Source: Eubacteriales bacterium (GTDB lineage: Bacteria > Bacillota > Clostridia > Oscillospirales > CAG-272). From it: a stretch of DNA of 34,204 nucleotides. Under the pieces are notes generated by a model. That model did not search any database. It was not told the origin of the DNA and saw only the letters and a list, made by a program, of their open reading frames with translations. Each line of letters begins with the position of its first letter. Positions within the stretch are counted from its first letter, which is position 1. This document shows positions 8,364 through 17,940 of the stretch, in pieces. The translations under genes and the position numbers were made by a program. The DNA lies in contig JAZRIH010000033.1 in assembly GCA_045645175.1 (NCBI GenBank), positions 1-34,204 on the forward strand. Reading direction: 5' to 3'.

Positions 8364-8918
8364 TTACTGCACCTCCCGATCGATTGCCACAATCTTGCCC
8401 GTAGCGAAATACGAGGGGGTGTGAAACTCCAGTTCTGCACCAACTCTGATCGACTCGCCGCCTACGGTCAGTGTATTCTCTTTTTCTTCTCCGCGAACCG
8501 TGAGAATAAGATCAATCTGTCCGGGGCATTCCGCATAGATCAAATTGCCCTCACTATCCGTATGCCCTGTGGAAGCGGTGGAAGCTTCATATCCGATGGC
8601 AACCACTTCTCCCAATTTCGCAGTTCCCTGCTGATTATACACCGTGTCGCCGATTTTCAAGAAATCGCACTCTACTGTTCCGCCAATCTCATCGATCACC
8701 AGACCGAAACGATCAATGCTTACATGAGGAATCACTACACGGTATTCCACCGGCTTCAGCGAAGTATCCTCGCCGGCGTCGCTCTCGGAAAAAACAACGC
8801 CTGTAAAGAGATACACCATTGCTACCAGCGAAAACAAAAATATAATTGCAATCACCGCATCTACCGGATTCAGCTTCCGAAGGCGGGATTTCAGTTTCAG
8901 TTTCCCGTTATCTTTCAT
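8364..8918 (-). CDS. N-terminally membrane-anchored protein, DUF4330-like (paralog 1)
   Basis: 184 aa. It has the same architecture: KLNPVDAVIAIIFLFSLVAMVYLF followed by a soluble domain. Confidence 0.6.
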   Translation of the reverse strand: MKDNGKLKLKSRLRKLNPVDAVIAIIFLFSLVAMVYLFTGVVFSESDAGEDTSLKPVEYRVVIPHVSIDRFGLVIDEIGGTVECDFLKIGDTVYNQQGTAKLGEVVAIGYEASTASTGHTDSEGNLIYAECPGQIDLILTVRGEEKENTLTVGGESIRVGAELEFHTPSYFATGKIVAIDREVQ

Positions 8919-8957
8919 CCTATCTGATGTCCTTTCTTCTTTCTATCCACTCCGCAC

Positions 8958-10979
8958 TCATTCTTTTTCACTTGATTTCGTGAAAATCAGATCTACATCC
9001 ACACACTGAATGCCATCTCGGCTAACGGAGCTGCCATACAGCTCAGATTCTTCTTCATTGCGCTTAGCAAGACGTCGGAGTGCTCTGGCAATTCCGGCAC
9101 ACATCCAAAACAGCAGCAGCAAACGCGGATCGCTCCACAGATATGCAAGATTGCCCGCAAGCAACAAACCCGTAAGTGCTGCCATAAAACCTAAGTGTAG
9201 CGCGGTATTCCGTTCTTTGGTTCCGCATTTGCGCAACAAGGTAAATCCTGACGAATACCACAGCAACAGAAACACGGTAAAGATCAACAAACCGGGAATA
9301 CCAACCTGTACCAAAATACGCAGGAATGTGTTACTCAGCGAAAGATCTACCGTCTGATTGCCCATATGTTCCTGCAATACTTGCATCAGAACATCATCGC
9401 TCATACCGATTCCCGAAAAAGGAGCTTCTTTGAAAACTTGTCCCAGGCCTTTCCACAGTTGGCTTCTGGCACCGGGAGTTGCCCTTGTCCACATATCGGA
9501 GAAATCAGGCCGGATCCAATAGGATACAACAGGCCACGACAGTAATAACAACAAAATAGCCGTCCAGGTCTTACGGGTGTAGAACAGGAAGAAAAAGAGA
9601 AGCTCTGCCATTACCGCAATTACACCGGTATACGACCCCAACAAAATCAAATACGCAATTTGCGTGATCAGAGAAAAATACCCTCCTGCACGCGTTTTAT
9701 GGTTCTCACTATTCAGCGTAGATGCCATCGTAATCGGAATGGTTACCAGCAAATAATGTACGGCCGTTCTATCGGCACCTTCGCTCATGAAGGAAATTCC
9801 CAACTGTAAAAAGTGATTGGCAATTCCTGCTGCAGACACAATAAATGCCGAAGTGATGATCGTATGCAGACATCTGGTAATCCATTTGGAACTGCGCAGA
9901 AGATTGGACAGTACAAAATAACCTGATAGCATCGCGCCATACAGCAGTGCACTATTCAGCGTCAAGTCATTGGTAGAATAGCCGGTCGAGAGTATTATGA
10001 GTCCAAAGATCAGTACCCACCCGTCTATGAAACCGATGGTAATGCTTCTTCTGCCCACGATCACTTTGAGGAGCAAACAAACGCCGATATACAAAATTAC
10101 AAACGCAGACAATTCTGCAGGTATGGAGAAAGCAAATAAAAACGGAAGCGCAAACAATAATGCGTATACGCCTGCTTCTGGAACAAAAAATACGCAGATT
10201 GCTAAAATTGCCAACAACAGCGCAGTAATCAGCGTCAGAGGAGGTGTTACCAGTGTCAACAGGCCCATCAGCATTCCTGCCGCAAAAAAGAGTCCTGCGG
10301 AATGATGCTTTTTTCGGGGCAGGTCGGACATAGTCCGATCGTTCATCATTCGAATAATAAACCGTCCTACTATACTTTCCCGAAGCGAATCCATCATTGG
10401 ATCGTAGCCCTTGAACATCACAAGAAGGGACAACAAAACCAATGCCAAGCCTACAAACAGATCCAATGCCGCCCCAACATCATTGGAGCGAAGCAAAAAA
10501 TAGAGCATCGCTTGAGATACCGTGGTGAACAAACCGAAGGAAAACAGGAATACGCCGTAATACATCATAGGCATATACAAAAGTTTTCTGAGCAGTTCCA
10601 CCGTTTTGTTCAGGATCACACTGCCCTCTACGGCTTCACTGATCCGGTTTTTCACCGATCTGGGGAGCGAACCGGGGGAAAATATACCTACTTCATTGGG
10701 AGTGATCTGCTCAGTACCCAACTCACGGCGAGGCTTGCGAGCAAACTTCTTTTTCAGATTGCTCACCGTTTGTTTTACACCGCCTACCGTCAGAGAAGAC
10801 TCGGCATATTCTTCCATTTTGTCGTACGACACAAGAAAACGTACTACTGCTGAATCAGCAAACCATTTTCCCAGCTTGCCCAGTCCGCGATGCATCCAGA
10901 ACAGCATCGCACTGTTGCCGGTTCCATTCTGCCCTTTGGACTTTCTTTTTGCCATATACCGATGTACACCTCCCATCAT
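8958..10979 (-). CDS. Polytopic membrane protein, O-antigen ligase/Wzy-like, with a roughly 135-aa cytoplasmic N-terminal extension
   Basis: 673 aa with at least 10 hydrophobic helices. A Wzy_C-like segment is present (SENHKTRAGGYFSLITQIAYLILLGSYTG...FKEAPFSGIGMSDD). The start is uncertain: the track's ATG at 10979, or the ATG at 10955 (MAKRKSKGQ) after GGGAGGTG. Confidence 0.55.
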   Translation of the reverse strand: MMGGVHRYMAKRKSKGQNGTGNSAMLFWMHRGLGKLGKWFADSAVVRFLVSYDKMEEYAESSLTVGGVKQTVSNLKKKFARKPRRELGTEQITPNEVGIFSPGSLPRSVKNRISEAVEGSVILNKTVELLRKLLYMPMMYYGVFLFSFGLFTTVSQAMLYFLLRSNDVGAALDLFVGLALVLLSLLVMFKGYDPMMDSLRESIVGRFIIRMMNDRTMSDLPRKKHHSAGLFFAAGMLMGLLTLVTPPLTLITALLLAILAICVFFVPEAGVYALLFALPFLFAFSIPAELSAFVILYIGVCLLLKVIVGRRSITIGFIDGWVLIFGLIILSTGYSTNDLTLNSALLYGAMLSGYFVLSNLLRSSKWITRCLHTIITSAFIVSAAGIANHFLQLGISFMSEGADRTAVHYLLVTIPITMASTLNSENHKTRAGGYFSLITQIAYLILLGSYTGVIAVMAELLFFFLFYTRKTWTAILLLLLSWPVVSYWIRPDFSDMWTRATPGARSQLWKGLGQVFKEAPFSGIGMSDDVLMQVLQEHMGNQTVDLSLSNTFLRILVQVGIPGLLIFTVFLLLWYSSGFTLLRKCGTKERNTALHLGFMAALTGLLLAGNLAYLWSDPRLLLLFWMCAGIARALRRLAKRNEEESELYGSSVSRDGIQCVDVDLIFTKSSEKE

Positions 10980-11020
10980 ACTGCTCTGCTGATCATTTGC
11001 ATGGCAGTCTACTCAAATCT

Positions 11021-11695
11021 TTACAAAAGATCCGGTCTGTTTTTCTTAGTTAATTTCAACGCCTCCGCACGGCGCCATTTTTCAATTTCGGCATGATTGC
11101 CCGAGAGTAGCACATCGGGAACACGCACGCCGTGATATTCCACCGGGCGGGTAAATTGGGGATATTCCAACGCACCGCTGGCGATACTTTCATTTTCATA
11201 GCAGGAAGGGTCTGCCAAAACACCATCGCAAAGACGGGCGATTGCATCAATGACGATGCAGGCGGGCAGTTCACCGCCGGTGAGAATATAATCTCCGATA
11301 GAGATCTCCTCATCCACGATCTCGTCAATGACACGGCGGTCTACCCCTTCGTAATGACCGCACAAAAGGATCAGATTATCATATCCCTTGAGTTCTTCTG
11401 CCTTCTTTTGAGAAAAGACCTTTCCCTGCGGGGACATATAGATGACACGGGTAGTACCCGTCAGCTTTTCTTTGACTGCCGAATAGCAATCGTAAATAGG
11501 AGGCGCAGCCATGAGCATCCCCATACCGCCGCCATAAGGGGTATCATCTACTCTGCGGTGCTTATCCTTGGAAAAATCCCGAATATTGTGGGCTTCTACC
11601 GTAATCAAGCCCGCATCTCTGGCTCTGCCGATAATACTTTCTCCGGTGACACGGTCGATCAGATCGGGAAAGAGTGTAAGTACGTGAAATTCCAT
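11021..11695 (-). CDS. trmD: tRNA (guanine37-N1)-methyltransferase TrmD
   Basis: The sequence MEFHVLTLFPDLI...VDDTPYGGGMGMLM...LLCGHYEGVDRRV...SIGDYILTGGELPA is canonical. It shares one nucleotide with the rimM stop (TGATG). Confidence 0.95.
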   Translation of the reverse strand: MEFHVLTLFPDLIDRVTGESIIGRARDAGLITVEAHNIRDFSKDKHRRVDDTPYGGGMGMLMAAPPIYDCYSAVKEKLTGTTRVIYMSPQGKVFSQKKAEELKGYDNLILLCGHYEGVDRRVIDEIVDEEISIGDYILTGGELPACIVIDAIARLCDGVLADPSCYENESIASGALEYPQFTRPVEYHGVRVPDVLLSGNHAEIEKWRRAEALKLTKKNRPDLL

Positions 11696-12210
11696 CAGAT
11701 AAGTCCTTCAATGGGAGTAAGGTAGATTCCCTCTCCCGGAATCGTTTTCTGTACAAATGCGGGCACGACAGGCACCAAGGTCTTCGTACCGTCGGGACGA
11801 GTCACTTCGTACAGGTCACTTGCACCGTAGTTGACTACGTCGGTGAGCTTACCATACTGCACGCCGGTATTGGCATCCACTACGGGAGTGCCAATCAGAT
11901 CGGCAATAAAGAAACTGCCCTCGGGAAGATCAAAATCCTCTCTGTCTGCATACAGAGATCTGTTTTGCAGACGCATCGCATCCTCCATGGTATCTACCGA
12001 TTCCAGATGCACCAGCATCATATTCTTCAAAGGCTGATTTTTAGTGCAGCGATAGGGACGGTATTCCCCTCCGCTTTTCAGATACAAGGTCTTCAGAGAT
12101 GCGAATACCTCCTGGCTGTCGCATCTGCATTCTACTTTCAGGTCGCCCCGCACACCGTGGGTGTTGACGATCTTTCCTGCTTCCAAATATTTTTCCATGT
12201 TATCATTCAC
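11695..12210 (-). CDS. rimM: Ribosome maturation factor RimM
   Basis: The sequence LEAGKIVNTHGVRGDLKV and a PRC-barrel C-terminus (FFIADLIG..V) are present. It is adjacent to trmD. Confidence 0.9.
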   Translation of the reverse strand: MNDNMEKYLEAGKIVNTHGVRGDLKVECRCDSQEVFASLKTLYLKSGGEYRPYRCTKNQPLKNMMLVHLESVDTMEDAMRLQNRSLYADREDFDLPEGSFFIADLIGTPVVDANTGVQYGKLTDVVNYGASDLYEVTRPDGTKTLVPVVPAFVQKTIPGEGIYLTPIEGLI

Positions 12211-12220
12211 TTTCCGTTAT

Positions 12221-12733
12221 TTATGCTTTTTCGTATGCCGACTCAATCTCATACACATATACGCGGTGATAATCCTTGGTCGGATAATTCTTCAGCAGCG
12301 AAGGATCCAAAAACTGTTCTTCCTTCATATCGCTGACAAAGAGCTTGCGCAGACGGTAAACTCTGGATGCTTCCTCAAAGCCCCATACCCCGTCCAGCTC
12401 GACGGTATTCAGATTGCACTCTGCGATCTTATCGGTATCTCTGCCGCTCTTGGTGCCGCAGATGCGATAGGCTTCCTTGTTGCCTGCTTCCAATACACAA
12501 GCAGAGCAAACATCGCTGGACTCCAGAAGCTCATAGGTATAGCGCTGAGGGCGCACAAATGCAAAGAGCACAGGGCGATTCCAAAGGATGCCCATACCGC
12601 CCCAGCTGGCAGTCATCGCGTTAACGCGCTTCTGCTTTTCATCCCACGCAGTGAGCAAAAGCCATTGTGTGCCGATTTCATCAAATACATTTCCCGAAAG
12701 CTCGGTGGGCTTTTTTGCGATCCAGTTTGCCAT
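12221..12733 (-). CDS. Flavin reductase-like (FMN-binding split-barrel) family protein
   Basis: The sequence LLLTAWDEKQKRVNAMTASWGGMGILWNRPVLFAFVRPQRYTYELL resembles flavin reductase/flavoredoxin domain proteins. The start is set at the ATG at 12733 (MANWIAKKP), preceded by GGGAGAG; the track extension upstream has no RBS. Confidence 0.65.
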   Translation of the reverse strand: MANWIAKKPTELSGNVFDEIGTQWLLLTAWDEKQKRVNAMTASWGGMGILWNRPVLFAFVRPQRYTYELLESSDVCSACVLEAGNKEAYRICGTKSGRDTDKIAECNLNTVELDGVWGFEEASRVYRLRKLFVSDMKEEQFLDPSLLKNYPTKDYHRVYVYEIESAYEKA

Positions 12734-12888
12734 ATCTCTCTCCCTGCCACATAGGCAATCCACTCTTGAATTTGGGAAAGAAAAGACGCACCGGAGTCTA
12801 TTCACCCAAGGCGTAATTTCCAGTTCCCGACTATATTGATAGTATATACCTTTTCAAAAAAATAGTCAAGAGTTTTTCATATTTTTAC

Positions 12889-12917
12889 TTTACATTCACT
12901 AAAAAATATGCTATACT
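12889..12917 (+). promoter_or_regulatory. Sigma-A promoter for yybS-gdpP-rplI-dnaB (-35 TTTACA, 17 nt, -10 TATACT)
   Basis: Reads TTTACA-ttcactaaaaaatatgc-TATACT, about 120 nt upstream of the yybS start. Confidence 0.55.
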
Positions 12918-13036
12918 ATATCTATTGTAAATTGGGTAGGAATGCCCTCTGAAACACACCCTTCAAATCAAACTGAAACTTCGCACAACCTGCCTCATTT
13001 GGGCACTTTTCCTTGTGCGATCGGAGAATATTTACT

Positions 13037-14122
13037 ATGGTTCAACTGCAAAATCGTAAAATGCCCTCTCTCGGCACCGCATGGTTCTACATTGGTCTGG
13101 CAACACTGTTCACCTTTATTGCCTGTCTTCAGCTCCTCACCGGACTGATCCTGATTCCTCTCGCCATTGCGCTGGCGACCGCCGGTATTCTTTCCATTCC
13201 CCGTCTGCCTTACTATAAAGCGCTGCTCCTTTCTCTTGGCGTAGGACTGATCCCTGCCGGTGGTATCTATCTCCTCACCCAAATGAAAATGCTTTCCCTG
13301 TCGGTAGCGGCATTTGCCGTTGCCCCCGCTATTGCTCTGTTCGCGCTGACCATCCGTCTTCGTCAAAGCCGCAGCGCCGGCATCCATTGGATTGCCTTTT
13401 TCCTCACCGTATTTTATGCAGGTGCGGCACTCCTCTTTGTCTGGGAGCAGAAGGGCGGACTGTCGGTATCGATCTTCAAGGAATTGTACAATGATGCACA
13501 AGCATTGTTTATAAAGAGCTTTACAGATCTGCCTGCACAATACACTGAACTTGCCGATCAGGCGGGATTTTCTGAAGACATGCTCCCCGCGCAGTTCAAA
13601 GCGCTTCTTTACACCACTCCCGGTTTCTGCATTGCCGTTCTCTGGACCATGGCATGGTTTGCTACCGTATGTCTGCGTTGGCTGTTTAATCACTATGTCT
13701 ACGGCGCCGACCGCTTTGCCAAGTGGCCTGTAACCATGACCAAGCCCTTCGCTTGGATCTTCATTGTCAGTTTTATTGCTCAGGCTCTGCCGTTCACCAA
13801 TATCCTTTCGCTGATTCCCATCATTGCCTGCAATCTGTATTATATCTTCCTCCCTGCGTTCTTTATTGTTGGTTGCCGTGCACTGAAAGAGCGGCTTCTG
13901 CTGGCACGCGGCTGCGGTTGCTTTACTTTCATCCTCATGGGACTGATCTTCACTATGCCCTTTGCGGCATTCATGTTCCTGTCTATAACCGGCGCGTTCC
14001 GCACGATCTCTCCCGCTCCCTTTACTTCCCTTGTTTTCACCATTCCTCAAAATCCTCAAGACCCTCAAAATCCCCAAGACCCTCAGAATCCCGATGATCA
14101 AGGAGGTAATCCGCAGTCATGA
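13037..14122 (+). CDS. yybS: YybS-family (DUF2232-like) polytopic membrane protein
   Basis: A multi-TM protein immediately upstream of, and overlapping (ATGA), gdpP. This matches the conserved Firmicutes yybS-yybT(gdpP)-rplI-dnaC arrangement. The start is chosen at the ATG at 13037 after GGAGAA with 8-nt spacing; the track uses a TTG at 13013. The C-terminal tail is a PQNPQD repeat. Confidence 0.7.
   Translation: MVQLQNRKMPSLGTAWFYIGLATLFTFIACLQLLTGLILIPLAIALATAGILSIPRLPYYKALLLSLGVGLIPAGGIYLLTQMKMLSLSVAAFAVAPAIALFALTIRLRQSRSAGIHWIAFFLTVFYAGAALLFVWEQKGGLSVSIFKELYNDAQALFIKSFTDLPAQYTELADQAGFSEDMLPAQFKALLYTTPGFCIAVLWTMAWFATVCLRWLFNHYVYGADRFAKWPVTMTKPFAWIFIVSFIAQALPFTNILSLIPIIACNLYYIFLPAFFIVGCRALKERLLLARGCGCFTFILMGLIFTMPFAAFMFLSITGAFRTISPAPFTSLVFTIPQNPQDPQNPQDPQNPDDQGGNPQS
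14045..14098 (+). repeat. Tandem repeat, 3 x 18 bp (6 x 9-bp subunits), encoding (PQN/PQD)n at the YybS C-terminus
   Basis: The three units are cctcaaaatcctcaagac, cctcaaaatccccaagac and cctcagaatcccgatgat. They end 2 nt before the gdpP RBS (AGGAGG at 14101-14106). Confidence 0.9.
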
Positions 14123-16146
14123 AACGATTTTGGTTAAAACTCAAAGATCAAAGCAATATGCGTTTGATCGTGCTGGGTGCGCTATCTGTCCTACATCTGC
14201 TTCTTTTGAATTGGCTGATCTCGGACGCTCTGCTCTCTCCTGCTACTGCAACCGTTTTAGTCATCATTCTCTATACCATTGCTGCTGTCCTCGCTCTTTT
14301 GATCCTCCGCTTGATTTACTTCAACCATTTCAAAATGGATCTGTCCAAGCACTACACCCCTGATTTGGGATCGGGATTGTACAACAACATCGTTGCTCCC
14401 ATCGTTGCAACAGATGGGCAAGGCAACATCAAATGGTACAACAAGGCCTTCCATTCCATGTTGAATGCGGCTGAAATCACCACCAAGCAGATTACGGATC
14501 TTACCAACACCTCTATGGACATTCTGCTTTCCACTCTGGAAAGCGGTGAAGAAGTCAAATGCCGTGTGGGCAAGAAGATTTATCAGATCAAGGGGCACAT
14601 TGCATCTCCCAATTCTTCCGACGTATTCGTTACGGTATGGTATGATATCACGGCTTTGGAAGAAACCCGTGCCCGTCAGCAGGACAACGAAACGCTGGTT
14701 GCTTATATCGTTATTGACAACCTGGATGAGCTGATTCAGATCGAGCAAGAAAATGTCAGCTCTGCTGCCGTGCAAGTAGAGATGCTTTTGCGAGAGTTTG
14801 CTGATAAATACAACGGCATTCTGAAAAGCTACGAGCGAGATAAATACGTTTTTCTGTACAAAGCCAGCCATTTGAAGAGTTTTATCAAGGATAAATTTGA
14901 TATTCTCGAAAAGGTACGTGCCGTCCGCGTAGGTGCCAACTACTTCCCCGTTACCATTTCCATCGGCACTTCTACCATCGGAGAGTCGCTCACCGAAAAA
15001 GAAAAGAGCGCACAATCCGCACTGGAAATGGCTCTGGGCAGAGGCGGCGACCAAGCAGTTGTTAAAACCGAAAAGGGTGTCAACTTCTTCGGCGGCATCA
15101 CTAAAACCGTACAAAAGCGTACCACCATCAAATCCAGAACCATCGCACAATCTTTGGCATCGCTGGTTACTGCCAGCCGAAATGTCCTGATCATGGGTCA
15201 CCGTAACCCCGATTTCGACTCCATCGGCTCCTGTATCGGTGCGGCGAAGTTCTGTTTGCTCTGCGGTGTTAAATGTAATATCATTGTTGATCGTACCGAT
15301 CCCAATTTGAAGAAGTGTTTTGAGCTGATTTCCTCTGTGCCTGTTTATGACGACATCTTCATCGATGCGGAACAGGGACAAAATCTGATCAATTCCAAAA
15401 CACTCCTGATCATTATGGACGTCAACAATCCTAAACAGTTTGAAGCGCCCCTCATTGCCGAAAATGTTCATCGTGTGGTTTATATCGACCATCACCGTAT
15501 GACCAACGAATTCCCCATCCCCCCTGCACTTTACTACATCGAACCCTCTGCATCGTCTGCATCCGAGCTGATCTCTGAAATTCTGGAGCAGGCATCCATG
15601 GGATCTTTAAAAAAGGAAGAAGCTGAGCTTCTGTATGCAGGTATCATTCTGGACACCAAGCGTTTTTCCATCAATACCGGTGTGCGTACCTTTACTGCTG
15701 CACTTTATCTCCGCGGCGAAGGTGCAGACCCCATTGAAGTACAGGAACTGTTCCGTACCGATCTGAACGAGATTGAACGGGAAGCTCGCTTTGAAGTCAA
15801 TACTGCCTGCTATCGCAAAAACATTGCCATAGCAGTCAACCCCTACAAAGATAATGGTCCCGCCGATCGAATTATCGCAGCTAAGGTCGCCGACAAACTG
15901 CTGACCGCAGAAAATATATTGGCATCCTTCGCCCTTTGTGAGATCGACGGTGCGATCCGTATCTCTGCCCGCTCCACCGGCACTATCAATGTGCAGATTA
16001 TTCTGGAGCGTATGGGCGGCGGCGGTCATTATGATGCCGCTGCAACACAACTGTCTAATACCCCTATGGAAAAGGCACTTGTACAACTAAAAGAATCTAT
16101 CGACCAATTTTTAGATGTCGACGCAAAAACCATCGAAAGGAACTAA
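14119..16146 (+). CDS. gdpP: Cyclic-di-AMP phosphodiesterase GdpP (YybT)
   Basis: Two N-terminal TM helices, a PAS-like region and a degenerate GGDEF-like region are followed by DHH (MGHRNPDFDSIGS, VYIDHHR) and DHHA1 (GGGGHYDAAA) motifs. Length is 675 aa and the synteny is conserved. Confidence 0.9.
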   Translation: MKRFWLKLKDQSNMRLIVLGALSVLHLLLLNWLISDALLSPATATVLVIILYTIAAVLALLILRLIYFNHFKMDLSKHYTPDLGSGLYNNIVAPIVATDGQGNIKWYNKAFHSMLNAAEITTKQITDLTNTSMDILLSTLESGEEVKCRVGKKIYQIKGHIASPNSSDVFVTVWYDITALEETRARQQDNETLVAYIVIDNLDELIQIEQENVSSAAVQVEMLLREFADKYNGILKSYERDKYVFLYKASHLKSFIKDKFDILEKVRAVRVGANYFPVTISIGTSTIGESLTEKEKSAQSALEMALGRGGDQAVVKTEKGVNFFGGITKTVQKRTTIKSRTIAQSLASLVTASRNVLIMGHRNPDFDSIGSCIGAAKFCLLCGVKCNIIVDRTDPNLKKCFELISSVPVYDDIFIDAEQGQNLINSKTLLIIMDVNNPKQFEAPLIAENVHRVVYIDHHRMTNEFPIPPALYYIEPSASSASELISEILEQASMGSLKKEEAELLYAGIILDTKRFSINTGVRTFTAALYLRGEGADPIEVQELFRTDLNEIEREARFEVNTACYRKNIAIAVNPYKDNGPADRIIAAKVADKLLTAENILASFALCEIDGAIRISARSTGTINVQIILERMGGGGHYDAAATQLSNTPMEKALVQLKESIDQFLDVDAKTIERN

Positions 16147-16152
16147 TCCATC

Positions 16153-16596
16153 ATGAAAGTAGTATTAACACAAGACGTAAAAGGTCAAGGTAAAAAAGGT
16201 CAGGTTATCAACGTATCCGACGGCTATGCCAGAAACTTCCTCCTCCCCAAGGGATTGGCTACCGAGGCAAACGCTGCCGCTATGAACGAGATCAAGAACA
16301 AAGAAGCTGCAAAGCAGTACAAGATCGCTACCGAAAAGGCAGCTGCTGAAGATCTGGCAAAGAAGCTCGCTGAAATCACTCTGGAGATCAAAGTTGGCTC
16401 CGGCACCGACGGCCGTTTCTACGGCTCCGTAACCTCCAAGGAAATCGCTGAAAAGCTGCAGGAGGTCTACAAGATCACCATCGACAAGCGTAAGATTCAG
16501 CTGGACCGTCCTATTAAGGAATACGGCACCACTCAGCTGGACGTAAAGCTCTACCCCGAGGTAGTAGGCAAATTAAAGGTTACCGTAAAGGAATAA
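16153..16596 (+). CDS. rplI: 50S ribosomal protein L9
   Basis: The sequence [36 protein letters not shown] is canonical for L9. Confidence 0.96.
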   Translation: MKVVLTQDVKGQGKKGQVINVSDGYARNFLLPKGLATEANAAAMNEIKNKEAAKQYKIATEKAAAEDLAKKLAEITLEIKVGSGTDGRFYGSVTSKEIAEKLQEVYKITIDKRKIQLDRPIKEYGTTQLDVKLYPEVVGKLKVTVKE

Positions 16597-16602
16597 GTCG
16601 TT

Positions 16603-17940
16603 ATGGCGATTGAAAACAATCAACGAAAGCTCCCCTTTTCTTTGGAAGCGGAGCAATCGGTATTGGGATCTATTCTGGTAGATCCTCAAAAAATCAGCGA
16701 GATTGCAACGCTCATCTCTATAGAGGATTTTTATCTGGAAGAGCATCGAGAGATCTTCTCGGCAATGCAAAAGCTCTTCCTCCAATCCAAAGAGATCGAC
16801 ATCATTCTTCTGATGGACGCGCTGGTGCAGGAAGGCGTGTATGATCTGGAGCAATCCAAGTCCTACATCCGCACCATTGCCGAGATCGTTCCTTCTGCCG
16901 AAAACATCAAGGATTATGCCAACATCGTTCGCAACAAAGCGCTGCTTCGCAAACTGATCGATGTATCGGGTGAAATCACCGAAGATGCATACGCAGAACA
17001 GGACGACGCCGCACGAATCATTGACAGCGCAGAAAGTAAGATCTTTGCCATTGCCCAGACCAAGGAGCAAAAAGATTTTGCCCACATCCGCGATGTCATC
17101 ATCGAAACCTACCGTCAGATTAAAGAGGTTGCCGATAACAAAGGCGAAACCGCCGGCACGCCCACCGGCTTCTCAGGTCTTGACCGTGTATTGGTGGGAC
17201 TGGGCAAGAGCGACCTTGTACTGGTGGGTGCACGTCCCGGTATGGGTAAAACTTCCTTCTGTTTGAACGTAGCATCTAATATCGCCCGTTCCTCCAGAAA
17301 GGCAGTTGCCATTTTCTCTTTGGAAATGTCTGCCGAACAGCTGGTCTCCCGTATGCTCTCCAGCGAGGCGTTGATTGAATCCACCTCCATGCGAAGCGGT
17401 ATGCTCTCCGCTGATGACTGGAACAAGCTGGCACAGGCATCCTCTTACTTATCCGAATGTGATATCCTCATTGACGACACTACCGGCATCACCGTTACCG
17501 GCATGAAGGCCAAGCTCCGCCGCGTAAAGAACTTGGGTTTGGTAGTAGTGGACTATTTGGGTCTGATGCAATCGGATCGCAGAATCGACAACCGTGTTAA
17601 TGAAGTTGCCGAGATTTCCCGTAACCTGAAGGTTCTTGCCAAAGAACTGAACGTGCCGGTTATCTGCTGTGCACAGCTCTCCCGTGGTCCTGAATCCCGA
17701 ACCGACAAGCGCCCGATGCTGTCCGACCTTCGTGACTCGGGTGCTATCGAGCAGGACGCAGATATTGTACTCTTCCTCTACCGAGATGAGTATTACAGCA
17801 ACGATCCCGAAAAGCAAAATACTGCCGAGATCATCATTGCTAAAAACCGTCACGGTTCTACAGGTAACGTCCCCGTAGGCTGGTTTGGTCAATATACTAA
17901 GTTTACCACTCTCGATGACAGCCACGGAGGAGAAGGATGA
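16603..17940 (+). CDS. dnaB: Replicative DNA helicase (DnaB family; DnaC in B. subtilis nomenclature)
   Basis: The sequence LPFSLEAEQSVLGSIL, Walker A GARPGMGKTSF, the LSRGPESR motif and AKNRHG are all present. Length is 445 aa. Confidence 0.96.
   Translation: MAIENNQRKLPFSLEAEQSVLGSILVDPQKISEIATLISIEDFYLEEHREIFSAMQKLFLQSKEIDIILLMDALVQEGVYDLEQSKSYIRTIAEIVPSAENIKDYANIVRNKALLRKLIDVSGEITEDAYAEQDDAARIIDSAESKIFAIAQTKEQKDFAHIRDVIIETYRQIKEVADNKGETAGTPTGFSGLDRVLVGLGKSDLVLVGARPGMGKTSFCLNVASNIARSSRKAVAIFSLEMSAEQLVSRMLSSEALIESTSMRSGMLSADDWNKLAQASSYLSECDILIDDTTGITVTGMKAKLRRVKNLGLVVVDYLGLMQSDRRIDNRVNEVAEISRNLKVLAKELNVPVICCAQLSRGPESRTDKRPMLSDLRDSGAIEQDADIVLFLYRDEYYSNDPEKQNTAEIIIAKNRHGSTGNVPVGWFGQYTKFTTLDDSHGGEG

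Noticed and set aside
12734-13036. Divergent intergenic region where gene orientation switches, considered as a possible replication origin
   Set aside because: I saw no DnaA-box cluster there. The region is explained by back-to-back promoters; the yybS promoter is near-consensus.
12995-14101. 368-aa minus-strand ORF
   Set aside because: It is antisense to the multi-TM yybS gene. The product is Gly/Arg/Lys/Glu/Gln-rich low-complexity sequence with no RBS. The plus-strand gene is supported by yybS-gdpP synteny and the ATGA overlap.
14257-15495. 412-aa minus-strand ORF
   Set aside because: It is a codon-aligned antisense shadow of gdpP ((15493-14119) is divisible by 3) and has no motifs.
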